From Eledone cirrhosa (taxonomy: Eukaryota): a stretch of 64,000 bases of DNA. Under the pieces are notes generated by a model. It did no database searches and was not told where the DNA came from. It worked only from the letters and a program-made list of their open reading frames with translations. The translations under genes were made by a program, and so were the position numbers. The stretch spans positions 40,796,001 to 40,860,000 of the forward strand of contig OZ024749.1 of assembly GCA_964016885.1 (NCBI GenBank), in the 5' to 3' direction. This document shows, one piece after another, positions 45,802 to 60,385 of the stretch (positions within the stretch are counted from its first letter, which is position 1; each line of letters opens with the position of its first letter).

Positions 45802-45841
<40 letters not shown>

Positions 45842-46241
45842 TTTATATATATATATATATAAATATTTATATATATATATATATAAATATTTATATATAT
45901 ATATAAATATTTATAAATATATATATATTTATATATATTTATATATATATATATTTATATATTTATATATATATATAAATATATATTTATAGATATATAT
46001 ATATAAATATATATATATATATTTATATATATAAATATTTGTATTTATATATAAATATATATATATTTATATATGGGGTAACAAATAATAGTTAAATGCA
46101 GTCCACTTAGGTATAGTCCAGTTATGGTATTCCAGGTAGTGGATGATATCAACGCTTGGCTTGGTTTGAGTCAACAAGACGTTTTCATACTGATGCTGCG
46201 GGTATGCTGTAATTCCTATGTTGTAAACACTTGGAGTAATA

Positions 46242-46352
46242 ATAAATCAGGAAAGAAGGTTGACATGGTTTGCTATAGCTGACAATTGTTTCTCTGAACT
46301 GGTAGGTCTAGAGATCGCTAGCAAACCATGTCAACCTTCTTTCCTGATTTAT
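46242..46352. repeat. Inverted repeat, ~34-bp arms
   Basis: ATAAATCAGGAAAGAAGGTTGACATGGTTTGCTA ... TAGCAAACCATGTCAACCTTCTTTCCTGATTTAT. Confidence 0.85.
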
Positions 46353-46451
46353 ATATTTATATATATATATATATATATTTATATATAAATATATATTTAT
46401 ATATATAAATATATATATTTATATATATATATATTTATATATATATATATT

Positions 46452-46534
<83 letters not shown>

Positions 46535-46577
46535 ATTTATATATTTATATATATATATATTTATATATATATATATT

Positions 46578-46650
<73 letters not shown>

Positions 46651-46707
46651 ATGATATATATAAATATATATATAAATATATATATATTTATATATATATA
46701 TATATAA

Positions 46708-46736
<29 letters not shown>

Positions 46737-46738
<2 letters not shown>

Positions 46739-46997
46739 AACGTTTGAGTATGTATAATAAAGCCAAAACAATGCAGGTATGGACATAGAATAAAGAATGC
46801 AAATGCAAAAGATATTGTTGACAATTAGTCTTTTACCTTAGATTTATTTATATATCCTAGGACATTTAAATAAATCTAAGGTAAAAGACTAATTGTCAAC
46901 AATATCTTTTGCATTTGCATTCTTTTGGCTTTATTATACATATTCAAACGTTTATACCTCATTACACAATGCTTCAAGTGAACTATAACCTCCTCCA
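46737..46997. mobile_element. Fold-back element of the same family as 50157-50520
   Basis: Palindrome centred CCT|AGG at 46858/46859; right arm has an internal deletion; ~46954-46997 matches 50157-50201 in inverted orientation. Confidence 0.75.
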
Positions 46998-47401
46998 TAT
47001 ATATATATGAATAGTATTAAGGATACTATTCATGGTTATGTATATACTAAAACCTTTTATAGTTATATATATTTTAAACCCTAAACAGTGAAAGACAGTA
47101 ATTTATTACTACCTTATTACGAGTAAGATAAATAGCTCAATGTAATAACATCAGTTGTTCTACAGAGCAGTTATATAGAAATTACATGAATCAAAGTTCT
47201 GTTCAAGCCATTTATCAGCTTACAATTGTTTCTTCCAAACCGAGGTTTGGAGTTTTCGGAGAAATTTTTCAATGATTGTTTACATACATGACCTCCTTTC
47301 CAACACAAGAGACATACAGAAACATATGTATATATTGATGCACAGTGGGGTGACATTCATTATAATATTTAAGCATGGCATATATATATATACATACATA
47401 C

Positions 47402-47434
<33 letters not shown>

Positions 47435-47994
47435 CATACATATATATTTATACATACTTATACATACATACATATTTATACATATTGTTATACTTTGGGA
47501 GGGTCATGTTGCCAATAACGAAATATATATACATACATATACACATAAATATATACATACATATACATACATATATATATATACATACATATATATATAT
47601 ACATATACATACATATATATATACATATACATACATATATATACATATATATACATATACATACATATATATATATATATGTATGTATATGTATATATAT
47701 ATACATATACATACATATATATATATATACATATACATACATATATATATATACATATACATACATACATATATATATATATACATACATATATATATAT
47801 ATACATACATATATATATATATACATACATATATATACATATGTATGTATGTATGTATACATACATTTATATACATACATACATACATACATATATATAT
47901 ATACATACATACATACATATACATACATACATATATATATATATACATACATATACATACATATATATACATACATACATATACATACATACAT

Positions 47995-48031
<37 letters not shown>

Positions 48032-48034
48032 AAC

Positions 48035-48175
48035 ACACAAGGCGTAGGTGTTCCATCGGCAACACCGTCAGATTTCGTGTTTACATGTCCATTGTAGTAC
48101 CAAAAGCGATATATGCCTCTGAGACATGGAAGAGTACGGAGAGTGTATGTAACAAGCTTGATGTATTCCACTGTT
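48035..48175 (+). mobile_element. RTE-clade LINE fragment
   Basis: [35 protein letters not shown], matches the RTE post-RT YxSETW motif. Confidence 0.75.
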
Positions 48176-48311
48176 ATGTACATATATATATATATATATA
48201 TATATGTGCATATATATATATACATATATGTAGATATATATATATATATATATATGTGTATATATATATATATAATATATAAGATCAAAACATGGTTAAA
48301 TGAGTTCCATG

Positions 48312-48382
48312 TATTTTATTATGCGCATTTCAAAAACAAATATCATCATGCAATAACATTTGTGTTTTCATCAGATAAAACA
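48312..48382 (-). ncRNA. Mirror copy of the type I hammerhead motif
   Basis: Reverse complement of 48501-48571 with one change (TGTTTTAT) that keeps stem I paired as G:U. Confidence 0.8.
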
Positions 48383-48500
48383 GGAAGACATGATATGAAG
48401 GTTAAAAAACACTTGTGGATAGTGCAGTTTTAAATCAACATATGTTGATTTAAAACTGCACTATCCACAAGTGTTTTTTAACCTTCATATCATGTCCTCC

Positions 48501-48571
48501 TATTTTATCTGATGAAAACACAAATGTTATTGCATGATGATATTTGTTTTTGAAATGCGCATAATAAAATA
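48501..48571 (+). ncRNA. Type I hammerhead ribozyme motif (intact core)
   Basis: TATTTTAT-CTGATGA-[16-bp stem II, 3 G:U, 1 mismatch, GCAT loop]-GAAA-TGCGCA-TA-ATAAAATA; 8-bp stem I; AUA cleavage triplet ending 48563; palindromic ATGCGCAT stem III. Confidence 0.8.
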
Positions 48572-48808
48572 CATGGAACTCATTTAACCATGTTTTGATC
48601 TTATATATTATATCTACATATATACACATATATATATATATATCTACATATATATGCACATATGTATATATATATATATGAACATATATATATATATAGA
48701 TATATATGCACATATATATATATGAACATATATATATATATATATATGCACATATATATATATATATGCACATATATATATATGCACATATATATATATA
48801 TATATATG

Positions 48809-48854
<46 letters not shown>

Positions 48855-49101
48855 TATATATATATGTGTGTACATATAAATATATATGCACATAAGTATA
48901 TATATATATATGCACATATGTATATATATATATGCACATATGTATATATATATATATGCACATATGTATATATATATATGTACATATATATATATATATG
49001 TACATATATATATGTGTGCATATATGTATATATATATACATACTACTGTACGTCTGTATATATATATATGTATATATATATATACATATATATATATATA
49101 C

Positions 49102-49173
<72 letters not shown>

Positions 49174-49298
49174 GCACATATATATATATATAAGCACATA
49201 TATATATATATATATGCACGTATATATATATATATGCACATATATATATATATATGCACATATATATATATATGCACATATATATATATATATATATG

Positions 49299-49344
<46 letters not shown>

Positions 49345-49550
49345 TATATATATATATATGTGTGTACATATAAATATATATGCACATAAGTATATATATA
49401 TATATGCACATATGTATATATATATATATGCACATATGTATATATATATATATATGTACATATATATATATATATATATGTACATATATATATGTGTGCA
49501 TGTATGTATATATATATACATACTACTGTACGTCTGTATATATATATATG

Positions 49551-49597
<47 letters not shown>

Positions 49598-49636
49598 ATA
49601 TATATGTATATGTATATATATATATATGTATATATG

Positions 49637-49755
<119 letters not shown>

Positions 49756-49854
49756 GCATATATATATGAATATATATATGTATATATATATTTATATATA
49801 TATGTATATATATATATATGTATATATATATGTATATATATGTATATATATATG

Positions 49855-49915
<61 letters not shown>

Positions 49916-49928
49916 GAATATATATATG

Positions 49929-49961
<33 letters not shown>

Positions 49962-49980
49962 GTATATATATATATGTATG

Positions 49981-50025
<45 letters not shown>

Positions 50026-50026
50026 G

Positions 50027-50094
<68 letters not shown>

Positions 50095-50096
50095 TG

Positions 50097-50157
<61 letters not shown>

Positions 50158-50268
50158 GAGGAGGTTATAGTTCACTTGAAGCATTGTGTAATGAGGTATA
50201 AAAAGAAGAATGCAATAGTAAAAGATATTGTTGAGAATTTGTCTTTCACCTTGAATTTATTTAAATGT

Positions 50269-50303
50269 CCTTAATTTTCGAGATAATATCTCTTCTTCGG
50301 AGG
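50269..50303 (-). ncRNA. Mirror copy of the atypical hammerhead-like motif
   Basis: Exact reverse complement of 50365-50399 in the opposite palindrome arm. Confidence 0.5.
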
Positions 50304-50364
50304 GAAATAAAGGTCTCAAAGGCTTGGCTAGAGATTTAAGACGCTGGTTTGAGACCTTTATTTC

Positions 50365-50399
50365 CCTCCGAAGAAGAGATATTATCTCGAAAATTAAGG
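50365..50399 (+). ncRNA. Atypical ultra-minimal hammerhead-like motif
   Basis: CCT-CCGAAGA-A-GAGAT(att)ATCTC-GAAA-AT-TA-AGG; U4C core variant, stem III reduced to palindromic AATT. Confidence 0.5.
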
Positions 50400-50516
50400 A
50401 CATTTAAATAAATTCAAGGTGAAAGACGAATTCTCAACAATATCTTTTACTATTGCATTCTTCTTTTTTCTATGTCCATACCTGCATTGTTTTGGCCTTA
50501 TTACACATATTCAAAC

Positions 50517-50638
<122 letters not shown>

Positions 50639-50659
50639 GTATATATATATATATGTATA

Positions 50660-51514
<855 letters not shown>

Positions 51515-51515
51515 C

Positions 51516-51579
<64 letters not shown>

Positions 51580-51588
51580 GTATATTTT

Positions 51589-51619
<31 letters not shown>

Positions 51620-51620
51620 G

Positions 51621-51683
<63 letters not shown>

Positions 51684-51748
51684 GTATATATATATGTATA
51701 TATATATATAAGTATATATATATGTATATATATATATATGTATATATA

Positions 51749-51804
<56 letters not shown>

Positions 51805-51935
51805 GTATATTTATATATATATATATATGTATATATATATACGTATATATATATATACGTATATATATATATACGTATATATATATATACGTATATATAT
51901 ACATACGTATATATATATATATATATACGTATATA

Positions 51936-51995
<60 letters not shown>

Positions 51996-52000
51996 CATAC

Positions 52001-52031
<31 letters not shown>

Positions 52032-52051
52032 CATATATATATATGTATAAC

Positions 52052-52098
<47 letters not shown>

Positions 52099-52129
52099 GT
52101 ATATACATATATATATATATATATATATG

Positions 52130-52179
<50 letters not shown>

Positions 52180-52207
52180 ATATATATACATATATATATA
52201 TTATATG

Positions 52208-52241
<34 letters not shown>

Positions 52242-52267
52242 CATATATATATATACATATACATACA

Positions 52268-52337
<70 letters not shown>

Positions 52338-52340
52338 CAC

Positions 52341-52371
<31 letters not shown>

Positions 52372-52411
52372 CATATATATATACACATATATATATATAT
52401 ATACACACACA

Positions 52412-52445
<34 letters not shown>

Positions 52446-52471
52446 CATATATATACAAATATATATATATG

Positions 52472-52522
<51 letters not shown>

Positions 52523-52577
52523 CTATATATATGTATATATCTATATATATATGTATATATATGTATATATATATATG

Positions 52578-52613
<36 letters not shown>

Positions 52614-52728
52614 TATATATCTATATATATATGTATATATCTATATATATATGTATATATATGTATATGTATATATATATATACATATATATATATACAT
52701 ATATATATATATACATATATATATATAC

Positions 52729-52770
<42 letters not shown>

Positions 52771-52866
52771 CTATATATATATGTATATATCTATATATAT
52801 ATGTATATATATGTATATGTATATATATATATACATATATATATATACATATATATATATACATAC

Positions 52867-52897
<31 letters not shown>

Positions 52898-52910
52898 CAT
52901 ATATATATAC

Positions 52911-52941
<31 letters not shown>

Positions 52942-53104
52942 CATATATATATATACATATATACATATATATATACATATATATATATACATATATATAT
53001 ACATATATATATATATACATATATATATATACATATATATACATATATATATATACATATATATATATACATATATATACATATATATATATACATATAT
53101 ATAC

Positions 53105-53169
<65 letters not shown>

Positions 53170-53177
53170 CATATACA

Positions 53178-53209
<32 letters not shown>

Positions 53210-53230
53210 CATATATATATATACATATAC

Positions 53231-53263
<33 letters not shown>

Positions 53264-53296
53264 GATATATACATATATATATATATATATATACAG

Positions 53297-53345
<49 letters not shown>

Positions 53346-53554
53346 TATATACATATATATATATATATACAAATATATATATATACAAATATATATATAT
53401 ACATACATATATATATATACAAATATATATATATACAAATATATATATATACAAATATATATATATACATATATATACATATATATATATATACATATAT
53501 ATACATATATATATATATATATACATACATATATATATATATATATATACATAC

Positions 53555-53585
<31 letters not shown>

Positions 53586-53754
53586 CACATATATATATAT
53601 ATATATACATATATATACATATATACATATATATATACATATATATATATACATACATATATATATGTATATACATATATATATATATACATATATATAC
53701 ATATATACATATATATATATACATATACATATATACATATACATATATATATCC

Positions 53755-53789
<35 letters not shown>

Positions 53790-54228
53790 CATATACATAT
53801 AATATAATATACATATATATATATATACATATATATACATACATATACATATATATATATACATATATATACATATACATATATATACACCTAGAGCACC
53901 GGACTCTTCAGGAAGTTAGCTCAAATTTAGACAATAAATTTTCCAAAGTGATCGCGCCAAGAATACATTAAAAAATGGCTAAGAATCGTGACGTAGCAGC
54001 GGTCAGGTTAGAAGGAATGTGGTTAGTTGCTTTCGGCTGGTGGCTTTTTGCTAGAAAGCGCAGCACAATACAGCCAAAATTGTATCTCAACCTTACGGGA
54101 GATTATTACATATGTATAATATATATATATATATATATATAATATATATATATATTTATATAATGTGTGTGTGTGTACATAAACATAATTAAATATATAT
54201 ATATATATTTATATATGGCCATGCTCCA

Positions 54229-54450
54229 TGGCATAAATTCCATAAAATGAACGCAATACAGATCTTGGGTACACAAGAGATGTATTGGGATACCAGCCAA
54301 ACTAACAGGTAGGGAAAACTACGCATGCAGTAGATGTACAGGGAAAGTTGGCAGTAGTATTCGCAGTGATAGACGCATTTTTCAAATGCAGGTGGGTCCT
54401 ATAGAAAGCTTCCGGTACGTAGGTGATCAGATTAGTATGGGGGGGGGGGT
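54229..54450 (+). mobile_element. RTE-like LINE fragment with PHD-like zinc finger inside the RT region
   Basis: [37 protein letters not shown]...[16 protein letters not shown] (F-x-Y-L/V-G-D RT motif). Confidence 0.7.
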
Positions 54451-55021
54451 ATATATATATGTATATATATACATAAATATATACACACATATATATATTT
54501 ATATATATATACATATATATATACACACACATATATATATATGTATATATATACACATATATACATGTGTATATATACAAATATATATATATATATTTAT
54601 ATAAATTCATATATATATATACATATATATACACACACAATATATATATGTGTGTATATATATATAAATATATGAGTTTATATAAATATATATATATATA
54701 TATTTGTATATATTATATATGTATATATATATATATGTGTGTGTATATACGTACATATATGTGTATATACACACATATATATATGTGTGTGTATATACAA
54801 ACATATATATATGCGTATATATACATATATGGATATATATTGTCTCCTTAATTTTATGAATATAATCTATCTCTGGAAAGTACATCTGCAGAATCTTATA
54901 TACAATGATTGGAGAACTGCGAGGCTATATCCAGTTTATCACTTTACTCACATTAGTTGGATAAATCATGAATGAATATTATGTAATTTATCTACTACAT
55001 TTTTTAGCTTTTGATTAAACA

Positions 55022-55206
55022 TAATTGTTTCTACTTTAGGCACAAGGCCAGCAATTAACCAGTCCATTACTGGTACTTTATTTTATCGACCCCGTAAGGA
55101 TGAAAGTCAAAGTCAACCTCGGCGGGATTTGAACTCAGATCGTAAAGGGACGTAACTATTCTGGAAAGCATGGCATCCGACCCTCTACCGATACTGCCAA
55201 TCCACA
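55022..55206 (-). mobile_element. Second SINE family, near full-length copy
   Basis: Near-identical to 7444-7625; partial repeat at 55468-55605. Confidence 0.8.
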
Positions 55207-56270
55207 CATAATCTTATATATAATGTATTGCTTATTTCAAAATTCACTTAAAACTTTCAAATGTCAACACCCGTTAACGTTCATGTCATTCTCCTCACTT
55301 TTCCCCACTCTTCATAATTGTTGTTTTTAAATGTATTATGGATTACTTTACTGATTACAGAAGGGTGTATAAAACAATCTTTGTTCAATTTACCAATCAT
55401 GTCTATATGCTTATATATTTTCGTATAATATGACACAAACTAGCAGAAAATCGCCCGTTCATTTAATAATTGTTTCTACTTTAGGCACAGGGGCAGCAAT
55501 TACCCAGTGCATTACTGGTACTTTATTTTATCGACCCCGTAAGGATGAAAGGCAAAGTCAACCTCGGCGGGAGTTGAACTCAGATCGTAAAGGGACGTAA
55601 CTATGCCCGTTCATGGCAAATAACAATTATTGAACTTACAAGGAACAGAACTCCTTGTGGCAATAAGTACCAAGATTTATTTCCCTTATACATGATTCTT
55701 TAATAATAAAAAAAGACACTAACAACAATATTACGAAATGCAGGAGGGAGAGAACTCTACACGACACAACCCCCCCCCCCTCATTGCCGTGTGTCTATAT
55801 ATTGTATATGCCTAAAGAATTTGTAAGTATTTACTCTAATAGAACTTAGTCATTATTAAGCTGGTGTTTGAAACAAGTCACGAAAGCCTCTTACATAAAA
55901 TTAAGACGGGATGTTTTAGACAAATATTAATTTTAAAATAAACAGTTTTGTATCTTAGAAGTATGGGCAGTTTGATTTAACACTCTTGGCTGCAGGCAAA
56001 TATTTCTAACAAACCTTCTTCGAGTACATAACTTGCATAATGCTCTGTTGGTGGCCATGGAATGTGTATATGTTTCTTCCCCTTTTTGTGAAAATATCCC
56101 TCATGAAATACACAGTATTTTAATTAATAAAAACAAAGGACTTCCAAAAATTCTTATTTCACGAAGATGATATTTCTAACATAACTCAAATTATTCTTAT
56201 ATAACATTATGTTGGGAGGTTTCAATTTAAATAACGCCCTTCAAAATGAGTGGTATTGTTTCATTGACTG

Positions 56271-56618
56271 GAGGCACATGGCTTAGTGGTTAGAGCATTG
56301 GCCTTGCAATCGAAATGGTGTGAGTTCAATTCTCATACCGGGTGACGTGTTTTTCCTTGAGCAAGACACTTTATTTCACATTGCTCCAGTTTACTCAGCT
56401 GTAGAAATGAGATGATAGGGACTGGGGTTCATATCATTCCACTGCAAAGTGGTCGTGGAGGTGCCATGGCAAAAAAGCACCCAGCATTCACTGTAAATGA
56501 GGTTGGTGTTAGGAAGGGCATCCAGCTGTAGAAATCAAGCCAGAATCAGTTCCAGTCCCACCTTTCCAAGCAGGTAAAAGCGGACGTAAAATGATGATGA
56601 TAATGATGATGATGATGA
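56271..56618 (+). mobile_element. tRNA-derived SINE, full length (same family as 60787)
   Basis: Colinear and highly similar to 60787-61120; (ATG)n tail. Confidence 0.85.
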
Positions 56619-56723
56619 CACAGAGGTAGGTTGGTATGAAACAGGTTAATGTGCACTATGTCATTTCAGCAGAGGGACAAACACTGCATAATGAGCATTC
56701 CACCTGCCTAGAAATCAGGTTCC

Positions 56724-56920
56724 AACAATGTTTGAATATATCCCATCATCCAATATTCCAGTACCAACAATTTTTGACTATATCCCACCTTCCAAAATTC
56801 CAGTACTAACAATGTTTGACTATATTCCAGTACTAACAATGTTTGACTATATTCAAGTACCAATGATGTTTGACTATATTCCAGTACGATGTTTGACAAT
56901 ATTCCAGTATTCCAGTACCA
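56724..56920. repeat. Imperfect ~27-bp minisatellite
   Basis: CAATGTTTGACTATATTCCAGTACTAA. Confidence 0.8.
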
Positions 56921-57078
56921 ACTCACGGCAAGGGTTGTGGTGTGGTAGGGGTTTGGTAGACGATGAGTGATGGAGGCTACACTCATTGCAGGGAGTGTGG
57001 TGTGGTATAGTGGTGGGAGTTTCAGGGTTCAAAAGGTTTAAATAAAGACAGAAAAACAAAAGTTGTGAAAATGCAGTA

Positions 57079-57084
57079 TTTAAT
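57079..57084 (-). terminator. Candidate SAP130 polyadenylation signal (ATTAAA)
   Basis: ATTAAA on - strand ~480 nt after the stop, followed by a U/GU-rich tract (ttttgtttttctgtctttattt). Confidence 0.4.
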
Positions 57085-57563
57085 TAGAAGTTCATTGTAC
57101 AAGGTAAACTTGTCAAAACTCTTTGCTGACTGACTGACGACTTCTCTCCACAAAACAGATGTGGCCAGAAGCAGCAACCAATGATAAAAGTGAGTCGACA
57201 GTCATAATAACCTGCTTCAAGGTTTACACACACACACACACACACTCAGACATTTTAGTTGTTTTTTTTTTGTTTCATTAAAGTTCCACTTTTGGAGTTG
57301 CTGCCCTTCATTTCACAGGCTGTTCACACACGTACACACACAATAAAAAGAAAACTGTCCACTCACTCACACACATACATATTCACACACACATACATAC
57401 ATACATACATACACACTGACAAAACTCCCATACCAAATGGAATAGAGAAAAGATGAAGATGGAAGTGATGAGATGGCGGTGGTGGTGGTGTTGGTGTTGG
57501 TGGTGGTGGCGGCGACGGCGAAGAGAAGACAAAAACGAAACAAGAAAAAGACTGCGACCAATT

Positions 57564-57713
57564 CTACGTCCGTTCTTTCTTCTTGATGGGCCGTTTGCTG
57601 ATGTTTTTGTTGATGATCTCCAAGATGTGGTCCTTGTGATCAAGAATTTTCAACATGGAGTCGTGTGCTTCACTTAATTGATCAATAACAAGTTTGCAAC
57701 GTTGGATGTTTGC
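57564..57713 (-). CDS. SAP130: SAP130, last coding exon
   Basis: tttcag|GCA ...; ANIQRCKLVIDQLSEAHDSMLKILDHKDHILEIINKNISKRPIKKKERT*, close to the recalled vertebrate SAP130 C-terminus (NMQRCKLVMDQISEARDSMLKVLDHKD). Confidence 0.93.
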   Translation of the reverse strand, partial: ANIQRCKLVIDQLSEAHDSMLKILDHKDHILEIINKNISKRPIKKKERT

Positions 57714-58541
57714 CTGAAATGATTGGGAAAATTTAAAACAATTTATTAATGTTTTTATTACAATATTTCTAATGGAAAAATACTGTCTATGTCTTTAACC
57801 CTTTCATTACCATATTTCTAATGAAAGACAATGCTTATGATATTCAAATTATCTTGAATATAATTGAGAATTTACAGGGATTTAATAAGATAAGTAACTT
57901 TTTCATTATTTATCTACTGTTTGGAACATAACTTAAAAACATTCATACAGAAAATTATGTTGGAAGACTTTTTTTTAAAGAATATAAACACTTTCACAAC
58001 AAACATGTAATGCTCAACAGCACATCTCACAACAAATGTGACTTCAACCACAACACACCTCACAACAAACACGTAACTTCAAAACTGCAACACACTCCGA
58101 TAGAGTACCAACTGGCTTCACAACAAGTATAACTCCCCCACTACACTACACAACTCTCTGCTACCACCACCAACAACACCTTGCAAAAGCCTTGTAACCA
58201 CCACCACCACCACCACCACCTAACAAACACATTACCCCACCCCCTCACTACAGTGCCAACTGATTACACAACAAATCTATGAACCACCACCACCACCCAT
58301 GCTACCTAACATCATACACCTTACAACACCCACCCTACTACCACCTCATCACTGTCTTGTCCCCACTGCACACACAATACCAACCAGCTAACCTGCGTCC
58401 TCACCTCCACCACACACACACACACACACAACCAACTAACTCGGCTGAGTTCATGTAGCCGGACTTCACCACTATCTTGTCTCCCCCACCACCACACAAC
58501 AAACCCCCCTTCTCAAGCACACACAATACCAAGCAACTAAC

Positions 58542-58664
58542 CTGGGTGAGTTCATGTAGTCGGACTTCATCACTATCCTGTGCCCCCTGTTTACTCAGAG
58601 CTTTTGGTGCAATTGTCTCTTGTAATTTACACATCTGGCTACAAATTACTTTTTCCATGTCATT
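58542..58664 (-). CDS. SAP130: SAP130, internal coding exon (123 bp)
   Basis: tttatag|AAT ... CAG|gttagt; NDMEKVICSQMCKLQETIAPKALSKQGAQDSDEVRLHELTQ. Confidence 0.9.
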
Positions 58665-59029
58665 CTATAAAAAATAAAAAGTAATATTTAATTAATATCC
58701 AACCCATGTAAGACCAGAATAATAATGATGCTGATTAATTAACATCAACTCATCAAGCCCATATTTCTAATGAAACAAAACTACCAATGTCATTCAATTA
58801 ATATTTTTAAATAAAATCAGGAATTTGGTAGAATTTAAGAAAATAACTTTGCCATTATTTAAATCCTTTTGATACAAAACCGCTTTGATTTTTATAATAG
58901 AAAATTGTTTATTTTAAAAGTGATGAACAATAAACAGTTTTGTATCATAGAATCAGGGGGACTTCAAGCAGTTTGATATGAAAAGATTCAAGTACACAGT
59001 GAAGGTTTGATAGGGTAATGAAGGTTTAA

Positions 59030-59228
59030 CCCTTTCGTTACCATATTTCTAATGGCATACACTGTATTTCAGTAAATTATTTCATGATTAAGATGATATT
59101 CTTAACATAACAAATGACTCTTATATAAAATTATATTGGAAGGTTTTTAGATAAATATAAATAGTTTGAAATAAACAGTTTCTATCATAGAACCAGGGAC
59201 AGATTTAGGCAGTTTGGTTTCAAAAGGG
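59030..59228. mobile_element. Second piggyBac-type MITE family
   Basis: TTAA|CCCTTTCG ... CAAAAGGG|TTAA; related ends or fragments near 7790, 20420, 31652, 34065, 38520, 57797, 63260-63680. Confidence 0.7.
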
Positions 59229-59265
59229 TTAAAACCGAGAAATAAATGCAAGCCAACACACTTAC

Positions 59266-59369
59266 CATGTCTTCTAACTGTGTAGCAAGAAAATATAACT
59301 TCCATCCACTGGCTTTCTGAACGACTCCTCGCTGATTGGACAATTCGTTGACAGAGGAACGGCGGTCTT
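59266..59369 (-). CDS. SAP130: SAP130, internal coding exon (104 bp)
   Basis: ccacag|AA GAC ... ATG|gtaag; (E)DRRSSVNELSNQRGVVQKASGWKLYFLATQLEDM. Confidence 0.92.
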
Positions 59370-59875
59370 CTGTGGAAAAACAATACAAAGTGACATTAAA
59401 AAAAAAAAAAGATTTAGTATGTAGGAAAGAAGACAGAACATTGATTTCATCAGGGAAGTGGCATTCCTTGATATGTAGGAATGGAGTGTAGTTGGAGAAA
59501 ACAAATGTATGCCAAGGAAAATAATTAGGAGACAAAAACTAGATATCTAAAATACCTTAGACTAAATGTGACCAACATGTCATGCAGCGAGACTAAGCCA
59601 TTGTCACAGAACTTGGCTCCATCCAAGGCTACAGTGAAAGACATTTGACCAAGATGTCAACCACATTTAGTGTGGACTGGATGCTTTTTATTACGACACC
59701 AACATGACCACTCTAATGTGGGCTAGGTGCATTATATCCCATATCTAGGCAGTTTGACAAAAAGAGATCGATAAAGTAAGTGCCAAACTGGGGTTGATAT
59801 AATTGACTAAACACTTTAAAAGCAATGCCCCTGTTAGATTGCAGTCTTATGTTCAGAAACAAAAGAGATAAATAC

Positions 59876-60010
59876 CTTTAGATTTGACATCAGAATGACG
59901 CTGAAAATGATTGTTTCGGACCTTCCATGACATGGAATAGAAGTTGATGAGGCTGAGGTTAGGACGGCGTTTCTCTGTCGTCCACCGGACACCTTCTTCA
60001 TCTGTGTACT
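59876..60010 (-). CDS. SAP130: SAP130, internal coding exon (135 bp), C-terminal domain
   Basis: ctccag|AG TAC ... AAA G|gtatt; (E)YTDEEGVRWTTEKRRPNLSLINFYSMSWKVRNNHFQRHSDVKSK; resembles SAP130 HFQRxSDV motif. Confidence 0.92.
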
Positions 60011-60385
60011 CTGGAGGGAAGGGACAGAAACAGCAGACATATTGTAGACCACAGTAGCGACAATGAAGACAGTCTATGTGTGTATGGTGTTGGTACTGAA
60101 AGGGTTAAGCTGGTTGCTGGATTAAGTCTACCACACAAGTAGGCTACAACAAGATTTAAACTGTCGTTGTGTGTGTGCATATGCGAGCAGTGTTCTAGCT
60201 TGGTCACAATAAAGGTGTACACATATGTTTGTTTGTTTGTGAGTGTGTATGTGAGAGAGAGAGAGACATGATGTGTGTGAAGTACTCTAGCATGGTTGCT
60301 GCTAAAAAAGATTGTTTCTATGTGTGTATATATATATAAATACAAGTGTTGAGATGTAGAGTATGATGAAGATGATCCAACTTAC

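Larger units (their letters stand above)
48272..48611. repeat. Near-perfect spacerless palindrome, ~170-bp arms
   Basis: Centre CAACAT|ATGTTG at 48441/48442; arms differ at only a few bases; also visible as near-identical ORF ends at 48433(+) and 48450(-). Confidence 0.95.

Noticed and set aside
56271-56345. tRNA-like sequence (also 60787-60860, 37322-37390)
   Set aside because: A/B boxes lead into SINE body and tail; no intact cloverleaf acceptor stem.
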